Source: Macrostomum lignano (taxonomy: Eukaryota). Taken from it: DNA of 64,000 nucleotides. Position numbers and translations under genes: made by a program. Numbering within the stretch: the stretch's first letter is position 1; every line of letters begins with the position of its first letter. Shown piece after piece: positions 1 to 23,601 of the stretch. A model generated the notes under the pieces. That model saw only the letters and a list, made by a program, of their open reading frames with translations, ran no database searches and was not told where the DNA came from. The stretch lies in assembly GCA_002269645.1 (NCBI GenBank), contig NIVC01000303.1, positions 503,819 to 567,818 on the forward strand, read 5' to 3'.

Positions 1-262
1 CTAATTAAAATGTCTGCGAACGCCACTGGTGTGAGCGTGTGCCGTGCCTGCGTACAGTACTGGCGCGCTTGTATGCGCTCATTAGGAGTCAGCGGAATGG
101 ACAAAACTGCCTCAGCGTTTGTTGTGGGACGATGTCGTGGTGCCACGGGGTGCCCCACAGCCCTTCTGCGAATGTTTACACTTATCTCGTGTACTGATAA
201 CGTGTGCGCACACTTCTACGTTCTTATTTTAACATCCAAAAGACGCTGCGAATTGCCAACAG

Positions 263-571
263 GAGATGATTCAAAGCGTAGACATCGACGGGAACGGTGA
301 GATTGACTTCCCCGAGTTCATGGCCATGATGGCCGAGAAGCTGCAGGACACCAACTCGGAGCAGGAGATCATCGCAGCATTTCAAGCCTTCGATCGAGAC
401 GGTAACGGCTATTTGAGCCGCGAAGAACTGCAGGGCATCCTGATGCACTTCGGTGAGAACAGCATGACGGAGGAGGACATCACGGAGATGATCTCGGCGG
501 CCGATCGCAACGCCGATGGCAAGATCCAGTACGAAGAGTTCGCTCACTTCATTGCCTCCGTCATTCGTTGA
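263..571 (+). CDS. Calmodulin-like EF-hand protein, last exon (EF2-EF4); 5' exon(s) not found in window
   Basis: Acceptor AACAG|GAG ATG ATT; EF loops [39 protein letters not shown]; stop at 571. Confidence 0.9.
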   Translation, partial: EMIQSVDIDGNGEIDFPEFMAMMAEKLQDTNSEQEIIAAFQAFDRDGNGYLSREELQGILMHFGENSMTEEDITEMISAADRNADGKIQYEEFAHFIASVIR

Positions 572-1329
572 TGCTGTCGCGGTGGTAGAGGCTGTATTAA
601 ATCTTGATGTGTTTTGTGACGGGAATCGATCGATCTATATATTCGGGTACGTTGCTCGACCGAAGGACGTTACTTAGAACGAACGTAGGAAAGTTTACGA
701 CACAACCTATATATATTCATAGTTAAAGTGATCCTTGGGTTCCGACCTTCCTGCGAGCATAATACAGATGAATTTACACGTACACACGTTATGTTAAGAC
801 AAGTTAGGATGTTAGGTCGTTATGCACGTAGGCAACCGTTATGATTTGGTTGTTGCAGAATCTCTACATGAAATTTCGCTTCGGGCTTACATGTGATTCG
901 CTAATGATTACATTTTCTTTACATGCTTCATGACTGACACTACGTGTTACGCTTATAACAATGCTGTCAATCATTTTTATTGATTTTTTTCTGATGAGAC
1001 TCTGAATTCTTTATATGACACAGGTGGATTTGATCTATATTACATGTCGTTTCTTCTCCGTCATGTGTTTAAAGGTAACTTTATGGTTAAAGATTTGCAA
1101 GATTATTCAATATTTTCTTAATCATACAGTTATGCTTAGTATACTTACTTTGATCGATTTTTTTGAATACATGTAAGTATCTTAAAATACAGGCGATTTC
1201 TTGTTGAATAAAATATATGCTCTAAAATTACTTTAACAGTTATTAGTAATATGCACGTAACTTTATGCTAAGTTAGCTGTTAATTTTATTTATTAGTGAC
1301 TTCTATGCTGAAAATGAATTGAACTCTAT

Positions 1330-1850
1330 CTACCCACACTCCTCCCCACTCCCTCTGCCCCACTTTCCCCCCACTCTGTCTACCTCACTCTCCTCCCCAC
1401 TCCCTCTGCCCCACTTTCCCCCACTCTGTCTACCTCACTCTCCTCCCCACTCCCTCTGCCCCACTTTCCCCCACTCTGTCTACCTCACTCTCCTCCCCAC
1501 TCCCTCTGCCCCACTTTCCCCCACTCTGTCTACCTCACTCTCCTCCCCACTCCCTCTGCCCCACTTTCCCCCACTCTGTCTACCTCACTCTCCTCCCCAC
1601 TCCCTCTGCCCCACTTTCCCCCACTCTGTCTACCTCACTCTCCTCCCCACTCCCTCTGCCCCACTTTCCCCCACTCTGTCTACCTCACTCTCCTCCCCAC
1701 TCCCTCTGCCCCACTTTCCCCCACTCTGTCTACCTCACTCTCCTCCCCACTCCCTCTGCCCCACTTTCCCCCACTCTGTCTACCTCACTCTCCTCCCCAC
1801 TCCCTCTGCCCCACTTTCCCCCACTCTGTCTACCTCACTCTCCTCCCTTA
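1330..1850. repeat. 50-bp tandem repeat, about 10 copies, C-rich on + strand
   Basis: Unit TCCTCCCCACTCCCTCTGCCCCACTTTCCCCCACTCTGTCTACCTCACTC, near-perfect copies. Confidence 0.95.
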
Positions 1851-2404
1851 CTCCCTCACTCCCCCTCCTCCCCAACGGCCTCCATCCCACTCACTCCCTC
1901 TATCCCACTCTCTTCTCCCACTATACAATTAGTTAAATAATATTAATTTATATACCATTAATCCGGATAATTAATTACCTATTGAACGCGTTGAGTCAAT
2001 TGCCTGTTTGCTTTAGGTAAGTATGCACAATATACGATTTATTCATTGATATTGTAAGTATGCACAGCAAATATTAATACAATACACATTTGGGTTATTA
2101 GAGCTATGATGATCATACTCCCTTTAGCATCTGCCTGACTGCGGGAAACTGACACAAGAGGCACTTATACTGTACGCTCGTACTAAACCATATAGCTAAA
2201 TTGAATGACTGCCTGCCAATGAGTTTCCGTCGCCAATTAATCACTGTCAAAGACTAAAGACTTGAAATAGTAACGTATAAATTGGATTATTGCTGGATCT
2301 CACCCTTGGTCTATGCAAATTAAGGATCATCTGGGATTAATGCGGAATACTGAATCAAATTTTATTATGAGAATAATTAATATATTATAGGCTTCTCAAC
2401 AGCT

Positions 2405-3865
2405 CTTGACTTACTTGACTTACTGCAGGGTGGTCCGTAGACACAGCGGGGAGGAGGCGAGGGTCGCCCATTTCGCTAGCCGCCTTCGGCAGAGGCGGGG
2501 GACCGGTCAGGGTGGTCCGCCGGTCCGTCCTGCAGCGTGGTCCTCCGTGGGGAAGAAAGTGGCTCCTCTTGTCGCCCGAAAGAACTGGCTGAGCCGTGGG
2601 ATGCTGACGGGCTGGCAGATCTTGTCAGTTGACGGATCGGCCCGAGGTATCGTAGCCGCGGTCTCTGGTAAAGAAAGGGCAGTGACAAACAAAGTGCTGA
2701 GCATCTTCATTGTCGTACTCGCAAAAAGGGCAAAGTTCGCTCTCGAGGTCGCCTCGGAGGAAGCAGTGCCTTTCAACGTAACCATGGCCGGTAGAAATCA
2801 TGACAAGGGCTCGAATGTCCTTCCGATTTTGGTTCAGAAGTACATTCAGCACGCGATTGCCTGCAGTTCTGGGTGCCCGCCCATCTGTCCCTGTGGAGGC
2901 CGAATCAGCCCAGTCATCGATCTGACGATTGATGACCGTCGAAGGGATAGGGACCAGGGTAACAGGGCCAGAGAAAAAGCCAGAGCCGCCCCTCTTGGCG
3001 AGGGTGTCTGCCAGCTCGTTTCCCGGAAACCCTGCGTGCCCTGGGATCCACTTCAGCCTGACAGTACATGTATATTGCTACTGGCCAGGAGGTTGAGCTC
3101 CCGGGCGCAGTCGGCGACTGTCCGGGAGTTCGTGGTGTTGTGGCAAAGGGCCTGTAAGGCCGCTTTGGCTATCGGAGTGGATGACAATAGTCTCTCCTCT
3201 CGTACCCTTGGCGTTCAGCTCTGCGGCGCAGGAGCTGATAGCAAGGACTTCGTTCTGAAAGACTGTGGGAGAGTCTGCCAGTGTGCTGGGCATGCGTGGC
3301 AATGACGCGGCCGTTAATGATGATGCAGACCCGCAAAGCCGGCGTGGCCGTCTTTGATTAATCCTTCCGTGTAGCAATGGATCTCCTGGAAATTCCAGTT
3401 GTCAGTGGCAGCATCCTTGAGGGGATGGTGATCTTGTAGCGCTGAAAGAGGTTGAGAGTGGGGGTTCACTGTCAGATAAGACGTGGAGCCCGCCGCCGTC
3501 TCTCAAGTCCTTTAGGCAGAGGTGGGCGTGAGGCAGGAGCTTGGGCTTAGCTATGGCCCTATGGAAACGAATGCCGGCGTCAATCAGATGGCGGGAAGTC
3601 TTAGCCGCTTTCCTGCGCTCTCCTGAGAGTCTCCAAGCAGCTGTCTTCATCTGCAGGGCGCTAGCCCAGATCAGGCCGCCGTGTACGAGATAGCAGGCCT
3701 AACCATTGCAGTGTACATGTAGATATCGATCCACCAGAGGCTCTTTTGGGTGGAGCCTCCAGGTGGTGCCGACGGCCCTGCGAAGCTGGGCGAGAACAGC
3801 GAGGGCGCTTGGCTTTTGCTTGAGCGTGGGGTAACCATGCAGTTCAGCCTGTGGTCCAGGGGTAA
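2405..3865 (-). mobile_element. 5'-truncated, frameshifted non-LTR retrotransposon (post-RT region, RNase H, C-terminal CCHC knuckle; R1/LOA/I-group-like)
   Basis: Minus-strand frames give WIYTAMVRPAISY, TVFQNEVLAI..IVIHSDSQ, VRLKWIPGHAGFPGNELADTLAK, TGHG..CPFC..EDAQHFVCHCP; short tandem tail (TAAGTCAAG) near 2410. Confidence 0.88.
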
Positions 3866-5269
3866 AAATTAAATCTGCTCAATATAGCTAGTTCATCATA
3901 CCTCCTCAATTTTGTGGCGGACAGAGACTGGTGTTCATAAGTTTAGCTGTAAGCAAATTAACTCGACACAACTTTGCTTGCTTGCTAAATTCTACTGCTA
4001 CTCGCAATTAAGCCACTTTAATTTACAGATTATTGAGAAAAAAATGATTACACCTGCCCTAATATGGGCAGATGTGCAACCGACAGCTTAATTAGCCGCA
4101 GCGATTATAGAGAACAGAATTTTAAAACATGAGTCTGCTTTGTGAGGTTTGGCTTTTTCTTCTCACTCATTTTTTTCTGAGTGGCCATCTCGTGAGAAAG
4201 ATTTTAAAGGATATATAGACCAAAGTATGCGGGTTCTGTATATATGATCTCCAGACTCCGATATATTTTCAGAAACGTCACTGACGAAACTACGAGCGTA
4301 TTCACAAAAAATGCGCTCATTCAAGATTTTCAGCTAGTTTATTAATTTTGCTTCCTAAACTTGAGAGTTGATCGAAAATATACATGTAGCTACCAAACGC
4401 CCAATAATAGGGTGTCTCATTGTACAGTATTTTCTTGCATCTACATCTAGTGGGAAACTAAACTATCTGACTTACTTGGTAGGGGACAAAAATCTGAACA
4501 ATCTGGCGAAAAAATTAACCTTCTACGTAACCGATTCTTAACATTCATTTTAATAATCGGCCTTCTACCTTGCGCACACGATTTGCAAGTGTTGCGTCCT
4601 TCAAGTCTAGTAAGAAGGCCGTTAGACAAAGATAATGTTCATGCGTTAACATGTAATTAAAACATTAGTTGTACAATCATTTGGGCACTAAACTGAGTGC
4701 ATTTCGTACTTGATAAAAACTTTGAATGCCTAAATGGAAAAATTCCTGCACAAAAATGTTATTTTCGGTAGGATTTTTCACGGCCAAAAATTCATCGACG
4801 CTTACTGTAATTTTCTCTATATTTCTTTTACATTATTTTGATCCTTTCCTTGCAATTGAAAAAAATCCTGCATTCTGCAAGAAATACTTTAAAGAATACC
4901 GGGACATTTTTATTTATTTTTAAAAGCTTTTAACAAAGCCAGTATCTTTGAACTATTCTTACTTCCTCAAAAAACTTCTAGAATGATTTACAACAAGTAA
5001 AAAATGCTTGTACAAGAAATTTTTTAGCTTTCTTTACAGAAACTTTTTACATTACGGTACGTGTTTTTTAAACCTCCAATTTCCTATTTTTAGCAACAAA
5101 GCCACGCCCGCCACTACATACTACACGCCCACCGAGCTTCCGTCAGTTTCACTAACTTCACTCTTCGTCATACTCGAGGCTTTTCACATTACCAATTCCA
5201 GAACCAGAATCGTTCATATTTTCAAAAAATCTTTAAGGCAGGGTGGCTTTTTTGTAAAATGGTGTTTCC

Positions 5270-5377
5270 GGCTAACCTGTAGTTTCGCACGTTTAATTCC
5301 AACCCCACCCCACCACCCTTGAATAGAGGGCGAAATAATTCCGGAAATAATTAAACGTGCGAAACTACAGGATAGCC
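5270..5377. mobile_element. 108-bp MITE with ~29-bp TIRs and 8-bp TSD (Merlin-type GG termini)
   Basis: GGCTAACCTGTAGTTTCGCACGTTTAATT ... AATTAAACGTGCGAAACTACAGGATAGCC flanked by direct GTGTTTCC (5262-5269, 5378-5385). Confidence 0.8.
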
Positions 5378-5385
5378 GTGTTTCC

Positions 5386-7010
5386 TTTATGTTTGAAATG
5401 GTTTCCTTTATGTTTGAGATGCTGGCTCTTTTGTTTCACAAGATGCTTCTATTGTATTTGATCTGATGCTTCTTTTATGTTTGAAATGGTGTCTTTTTCA
5501 TGTTTGAAATGGTGGCTCTTTTATGTTTGATATGGTGTCTCTTTTATGTTTGACATGGTGGCTCTTTCATGTTTGACATGGTAGCTCAACTTCAAGCTCT
5601 TTTATGTTTCTCATGATGCTTCTAAATATTGTGTTTGACCTGACTCTTCTTTTATATTTGAAATGGTGCCTCCTTTATGTTTGACATGATGGCTCTTTTA
5701 TGTTTGAAATTGTGGCTCTTTTATGTTTGACATGGTGGCTCTTTTGTTTGACATGGTGACTCTTTTATGTTTGAAATGGTGGCTTTTTATGTTTGACATG
5801 GTGGCTCTTTCATGTTTGAAATGGTGGTTTTTTATGTTTGACATGGTGGCTCTTTCATGTTTGACATGGTAGCTCTTTTATGTTTCACATGATGCTTCTA
5901 AACATTGTGTTTGACCTGACTCTTCTTTATATTTGAAATGGTACCTCTTAGTTTTATGTTTGAAATGTTGCCTCTTTTATGTTTGACATGGTGCCTCTTA
6001 CGTTTGAAATTGTGCCTCTTTTATGTTTGACATGGTGCCTCTTACGTTTGAAATTGTGCCTCTTTTATGTTTGACATGGTGGCTCTATGTTTGGCATGAT
6101 GCTTCTTTTATGTTTGAATTGTGGCTCTTTTATGTAGTAGTAAGAATTTGGCTCAGGCAATTAGCCTGTTTGGCCAATGGCAATTATTATAAAGCAATGT
6201 ATTTAAAAAAATTGAAAAAGAAGTTTATAAAGACAATTTGACAAGTTTTTGCAAAAAAAATAAAGTTTTTAAAAGCACTTTTATGTTTGAAATGGTTTCT
6301 CTTTTATGTTGTGCATGGTGTATCTTTTATGTTTGACATGGTGGCTCTTTTATGTTTGGCATGATGCGGCAATCCTACACTTCCGTTCGGTAAATTATTT
6401 TCACATTTGAATTCGTACCACCGAGTCAAATGACGTCAATTGGCAATGTGTCTATGGCCAAAAGTTTGAGCGAACAGAGTTTAAAGGGGTGTCAGTTTAA
6501 GGGAGCTGTTGCTTGTGAGCTGCTTGTTTTATTGAGCTTCAATTTCTCATATCTTCCAGTCTTCATTGCCATGGAGACATGTCCATACCAACACCGTGGA
6601 GGGCACATGGGCCCACGCGAAGCGCAAGATCCGCAACATGCATGGCACGAGCGACGCTCTCTTCGACGCACACATTGAGGAATTTCTCTGGCGTCGTCTG
6701 TATCCCCAATGTCCATTTGGGGCTATCCTGTACTGGATTGGACATTACTATCCATTGTAGACACTAAGACACCTTAATGACCTGCAGACACACTCTAAGT
6801 GACTATGCGCTCTAACAGACTGCTACCATGTTCCACTGTTTTAGTTTTGTTTGGTTACATTGTTATTTACCACGCCTGTTTAAAATTCAATGTCAAAATA
6901 ATTTACCGAATGGAAGTGTAGGATTGCCCATGATGCTTCTTTTATATTTGAAATGGTGGCTCTTTTATGTTTGAAATGGTGGCTCTTCTATATTTGACAT
7001 AGGCCTAATG
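5386..7010. repeat. Degenerate ~24-bp minisatellite, interrupted by the Merlin element
   Basis: Unit about TTTATGTTTGACATGGTGGCTCTT on both sides of 6368-6928. Confidence 0.9.
6368..6928 (+). mobile_element. Internally deleted Merlin (IS1016/IS1595-like) DNA transposon with C-terminal transposase fragment (6566-6760)
   Basis: ~45-bp TIRs GGCAATCCTACACTTCC.../...GGAAGTGTAGGATTGCC; 8-bp TSD CATGATGC; peptide HTNTVEGTWAHAKRK..G....IEEFLWRR. Confidence 0.9.
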
Positions 7011-7894
7011 GCTTTTTATTTATAAGTTTAGCATTTTGTGTTTTCAAGGTTTTCATAATAAAAATATTTTGCATTACTAAGATTCAAACTCAGGTTGCTA
7101 CATTAGCAGTCCAGTCTTTTTGCATCTAGGCTATCTCTTGTCAATCAATTGGAGAACATTAATTGTAGCCCTTATATTTCAATACTTATAGCAAGTCAGT
7201 TAGGGTAAAAGTTATGATATAATCAATTTCTCAGTCAGCTAGTATCAGTCTCAATTAAGTTAGCAATATGGCTACACAAGTTCAATCAAGTCTAGTGCTA
7301 CATGTATTTTTAACATAACAAGGCAAATAAAGTCAGTAAAATTCAGCCAATACATGGACAATGAATTCAATATGGTTATGCAACCTCAATCAAGTTGTGT
7401 GCTTTTCTTTTATACTGTTTTCAACTTGTTGTGATGCAATCTTTGAGTTCAGACTTAAAATTTATAATTATGGTTTTTGTTGTATATATATATTTGTTTA
7501 AAAGCTTATATTTTTATTAAATACTGACTTTTTATTTGCTAGATATAAACCCAAAATTTGTTTCTATTTTATTTCTTTTTCTGTATTTAATTCATTCGTT
7601 TTCATTAAGTTTGAAATTCATTAAGTTTCATTCATAAATAAGTAGTTTTAAGAACATTAAGCATAATGTTTGTTTAGTTAAATGAATATAGACTTAACCA
7701 TACTCAAGAAAAATATTACTTTTAGTTAATAGAATAAACTATTTTATCAACTTGCCCCCAAAACTTAATATGCTTACTTTATAATCATAGATTATAGTTA
7801 TAGTTGATAAAAAATGTTTTGTTTTTTCATTTCAGAAATACTTTCACTTAAATATACTATTAAAAATTGGTTACTGATTAACTAAGCAGCAAAA

Positions 7895-18559
<10,665 letters not shown>

Positions 18560-19976
18560 GAAAACAGGGGCTCACGATTGAGACCATAACGATGACTGAG
18601 CAACGAACAGTGTCTGTGCGCTTCTGTTGACTTTGTTGTTAACTCCATGTATTAAAGTTCAAACAATATACTGCTTTTTTTCGGTGGGCTGAAGTGAGAT
18701 CTCCAAATCACCTTTAACACCTAGGCATTAACTCCCTTTCAAAAAGTTCTATCCAGGGAGGCTGTCTCGCTTTGCCTAGCGAAAGTTAATTATATCTATT
18801 TTTAAGTGTTATTAATAATTGATGTATTGTTTGGTTTTGTGTTTAAAGTTTGCACACACACACACACCAATATTAATAAGTTTCCTGTGTTGTAGTTATT
18901 AAATGCATATTCTAGCTTTATTATTCAATATAATGTTACAAGGATGGCATATGTCAATGTAAATTTGATCAATTGTTTTTGTTTTTAATAGTTACTCTGC
19001 CTATTTGGAAGACAGAACTAAATTAACTTTTTCTGTGCACTGTGGCCAAAATACATATCTTATATTTACTATTAATAATATCGATATGATTATTTTTTAT
19101 GATTAATTATCTATTAATATTGCATATCAAGTATCCAATTTCATGCAAGTCTTTGTTTTGCTCACTCCAGCACCTAATCTGTGTATGTAAGAATTTTCGA
19201 CTAAGTTTCGTTTTTATAAATGTTTATTTATCATATCGTATAGGAAAATATTTATAATATACTTCGACATTCAGCTGCAGTCCGTTTTAACATCTATTTA
19301 GTATGATTTCCATTCGTGTATCTAGTAAGCAAGGGTTATGTCAATGGTCATTGCTTTGTTTGTAGTTGTGAGGTATTTTGTTTCAATAAATTCATTTTGG
19401 AAACTTTAAAATTCAGCTTTTATTTAATGCCTGGAAAACACAAAAGCATTCTCTCTCTCCTTATTGGTTTCATTCCTTGCCTTCCCTGTGTATCCTGGTT
19501 TGTGTTTAACTATTTATAGTAAGTAGTTCATTGCGCATCTCAATCGCATTATAAAAGATTTCAAGAAAAAGTCGAAAACCCAATCTTTTTTTCTATACTT
19601 TTATATTCTTATTGAAAAAAGGAAACTACGCGCATTGTAGCTACTTACAGTAGTTGATTGATTGAAAATTTAACAGCAAACAGCTGGACAAATATTTTAG
19701 TTGGCCGTGTGTGAATTATGAAACGATCCCTGATGCCGCTCCATCTGGAATATAATAATAATTATTGTTTTATTTTTTGCGATCAAATTTCTCAATACTT
19801 CGAAAAGCATAATTAATTGAAGATTGTTTTTAACATCTTATTTATTTTTTGTAACGGTTTTAGCCATTTTGTGGGCGTTTTAATGTATTAGAAAATAAGT
19901 TTGTAGTCAGATTCTTCTAATAGCAATAGAGAGGTAAAAGTAGTTGCAGAGACGAGAAAGCAGACTACAGATTGTA

Positions 19977-20569
19977 TACTGTCCGTCAAAAGCTCCGGAA
20001 CCCTTGCTACGATGTCTTCCAGCGGACATACTTTCAGTCCGTTTCAATTGTAACTTGATTCAAATGAAAGCTGCGGATCTCAGCTCCATGATGTGGTCAA
20101 GAAAAATTCCATTCGAAGGAGCGCGTGTGAACAGGCCAGCGTTATGTACACAAAGGTTAGAGAAAAAAAGTGAGGAAAAGACAAACAAGCAATTGACTCT
20201 CCCATGAAAGCTGACTGCACAAGAATCCATAAGAGCCTGTTGATTTCAACACAAGTTTTGGCCATAGACTAATGTTAGCCAGGCTGAACACTGCGCGCAA
20301 ACCGATTCCTTCCCATGTGTGTTTGCTCCATAGACTCAGCAACCATAGACAATTGCTTGTTTGTCTTTTCCTCACTTTTTTTTCTCTAACCTTTATGTAC
20401 ATAACACTGGCCTGTTCACACGCGCTCCTTCGAATAAACTTTTTCTTGACCACATCATGGAGCTGAGATCCGCAGCTTTCATTTGAATCAAGTTACAATT
20501 GAAACGGACTGAAATTATGTCCGCTAGAAGACATCGTAGCAAGGGTTCCGGAACTTTTGACGGACAGTA
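19977..20569. mobile_element. ~590-bp foldback/MITE with ~220-bp inverted arms, TA-flanked
   Basis: TACTGTCCGTCAAAAG...AAACAAGCAATTG versus CAATTGCTTGTTT...CTTTTGACGGACAGTA. Confidence 0.85.
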
Positions 20570-20819
20570 TATTTTCGCTTGCGGACAACAGATTGCGACG
20601 ATAAAAATACTTAAAACCCGGCTAGGGTGCTCAAACTTGAAGCAAGTTTTTTAATGAATAATGAAAAAATCTGTGTAAATGACAATCTTTTATGATATGG
20701 AAGACAGCTTATTACAAGTAAACATGAGATGCTTATATATACATGTAACAATACCGTTCACAAATGATGACGTAATAACAGTTTGAATCTAGGGCAGTCT
20801 TCAGATCGAGGCCTGTTTC

Positions 20820-20995
20820 ATTTCATTCATTTTATCAAGGTTCATTCATTTCATCAGCTGGGTTCATTCATTCCATCAGCTGGGTTCATTCATTTCATCA
20901 GCTGGGTTCATTCATTCCATCAGCTGGGTTCATTCATTCCATCAGCTGGGTTCATTCATTCCATCAGCTGGGTTCATTCATTCCATCAGCTGGGT
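20820..20995. repeat. 22-bp tandem repeat
   Basis: TTCATTCATTCCATCAGCTGGG, about 8 copies. Confidence 0.92.
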
Positions 20996-21114
20996 AATAG
21001 ATCCCATATCTTAACAATAAGGGCCATTTATATGAACTGAAATCGATCGGTATTTCGGTATTTAATATAAATTATGTCTGTAGATACTTATAGTTGTTTA
21101 TGGTCCAAATCAGT

Positions 21115-22835
21115 TCACATTGCTTTTGGTATGGCCACGCGCTTCACATTGGAGTCTGAGTACTGCTGCTGCTGTTGAGATCCAGTTGGTCGAAGTTCGC
21201 CTAATCGCGTCTGTAACTCATCAATTCTGACGTCTTTCAGGTGCAGCAGGTGTTCCAATCGACGAATTTTGGCTTCAAGAATGTCGATTGTTTCGCTTTT
21301 GGCTAGGCTTTCCTGCAAGCGTAAACATGTGAGGTGGAGAGGCGTAAACATGCTGAGGCCCCTGGTGCTGGGCCCCTGGTGCTGGCGCCCCTGGTGCTGG
21401 CGCCCCTGGTGCTGGCGCTGGCGCCCCTGGTGCTGGCGCCCCTGGTGCTGGCGGCGCCCCTGGTGCTGGCGCCCCTGGTGCCTGCGCCCCTGGTGCTGGC
21501 GCCCCTGGTGCTGGCGCCCCTGGTGCTGGCGCCCCTGGTGCTGGCGCCCCTGGTGCTGGCGCCCCTGGTGCTGGCGCCCCTGGTGCTGGCGCCCCTGGTG
21601 CTGGCGCCCCTGGTGCTGGCGCCCCTGGTGCTGGCGCCCCTGGTGCTGGCGCCCCTGGTGCTGGCGCCCCTGGTGCTGGCGCCCCTGGTGCTGGCGCCCC
21701 TGATGCTGGCGCTCTTGGTGCTGGCGCCCCTAGTGCTGGCGCCCCTAGTGCTTGGCGCCCCTAGTGCTGGCGCCTCTAGTGCTGGCGCCCCTGGGCTGGT
21801 GCTAAAGACCCTGGTGCTTGGCGCCCCTGGTGCTTGGCGCCCCTGGTGCTTGGCGCCCCTGGTGCTTGGCGCCCCTGGTGCTTGGCGCCCCTGGTGCTTG
21901 GCGCCCCTGGTGCTTGGCGCCCCTGGTGCTAAAGCCCCTGAGCTGGTGCTAAAGACCCTGGTGCTTGGCGCCCCTGGTGCTAAAGCCCCTGAGCTGGTGC
22001 TAAAGACCCTGGTGATTGGCTCCCAGCTAGTGCTAAAGCCCCTGATGATTGGCGCCCATGGTGCTAAAGACCCTGGTGCTAGCCCCTGAGCTGGTGCTAA
22101 AGACCCTGGTGATTGGCGCCCATGGTGCTAAAGCCCTTGGCTTCCCTGGAAAACAAAATCTTGGCTTCGCCCTCAATCAGATAAGGGTAGCAAGTAAAAA
22201 ATCTTTGACAGACAGCGCGTCCTTTGACAAGGAAATAAAAATTGTCCGGCAACAAATCGCACCTGCACTTTCTCCTCGTACTCCAGTCTGGTTACAAAGT
22301 CTGTCTGGCCGACTCTCTGTAAGCTGTCCGAACGGCCAACTGGCCTACCGTGGCCGGCGGCTTTTCCGCGGGCAAACCGCGGAGAAACCTTTTGTTGCGG
22401 TTGCTGACTTTTCCTTCTAGACGAAGCGCCCAAGATAGCTTGGTCTTGGTCGACTTCCGGTGCGTCGTTGGAAGCTGGTCGCTGCTGCTGGAACAAAGAC
22501 TTGTCCAGCTTTGTTCGCAATAGCAGCAGCACCCGTTCAATGGTGCCAGGCTTGGCGTTGGCTAGAGCGTCAATGACATCCGGTGACAGCTCGAAGCTGA
22601 GCTTTTTAAAGATCTTCCAGTTGAGCAGAAGCCAGTTCTTCTTCTTCTGATCTGTGGCGTTGCACGCGCTGAAATTGTGCAGGTCGACCAGCTTAGGACA
22701 ATAGTGTTTAACAACCTCGGCCATGAGGACACCGTCGCTGAAGTCTCGGGCTATGCTGCGCTTTGGCCTAGATAGAGGAATCTGGTCGATCCAGCCGTAC
22801 AGATCCTGGAGGACGTCGTCGTCGATTTCTGTCAT
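21115..22835 (-). CDS. SPEF1: Sperm flagellar protein 1 (CH-like domain + coiled coil); exons 22835-22263 and 21312-21115
   Basis: LYGWIDQIPLSRPKRSIARDFSDG..N..QKKKNW; donor CAG|GTGCGA, acceptor TTGCAG|GAA; C-terminal LEAKIRRLEHLLHLKDVRIDEL. Confidence 0.92.
21355..22135. repeat. 15-bp CpG-rich minisatellite filling the SPEF1 intron
   Basis: GGCGCCCCTGGTGCT units, degenerating toward 22135. Confidence 0.95.
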
Positions 22836-23601
22836 CTTTTTGTCACCTAGGAAGAGTTAGCCACATGAATGAAAGTCATATGCATGCATTAATCTGCAGT
22901 TATGCTTATGGCACAACAATTTTTGTCTGTTTGATAACAGTTAAGCATTTAGTTGTTTGTTCTATAGCTAAATTTGCCAGATCATACGATACCAATCTTT
23001 AAACTATAAATACATCTATACTCTACGCAATAAATGTAAGTGATTTAGTAATTTATTTACCAAACAGATTTAACGAAGTGAAGGAACCCTTGTAGTAGCT
23101 TGAAATTAGTAACACGTACTGATTAAGTCAACAGAATTCAAACTTATGCTGGATTGAATAGTTTAAAATAAATTATGAAGTATTTACTGATTATCAATAT
23201 CATAATACATAAAAGATACACAAAATGAGAAACTGAATTATCAACGTAGATAGTAGACTCAATGCTTTAATTATTAAGTTTGTGTTTTAAATGTGCATTT
23301 AAAAATATTTTAACACTTTTAAGGTGTATTGTTGTGGGTAGAACAAGGTGAAAAATATTTTAACAAAGTCGTATTTTGTTTTAATTTATGACAGTCACGA
23401 AAATTACATTTTTAATTATAAGGCTGGGTTTCTTTTCCCGGAAAGTTTCAAAGTGACGTTTATTATAGACAGACAGAGAAAATCTGAAAAGTAGTCGAGC
23501 TATACATTTGTTTGTATTCATTATATAGTTAAATTTTTACCATCCAAGTCTCTAAAATTTATTTTGACATATAATAGTGTTTTTCTACTTTGCATTTCTC
23601 C

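Noticed and set aside
61-100. CMRSLG in ORF 10-300 as the missing calmodulin EF1 exon
   Set aside because: No EF-hand loop precedes it and no suitable splice sites; likely chance similarity
2406-3305. 299-aa + strand ORF
   Set aside because: Antisense shadow of the minus-strand retrotransposon coding region
4200-4400. TTAAAGG start resembling a Kolobok-type terminus
   Set aside because: No matching inverted end found
6566-6760. Bacterial IS1595 or contamination
   Set aside because: TIRs and TSD sit in a host minisatellite; eukaryotic Merlin explains the motif
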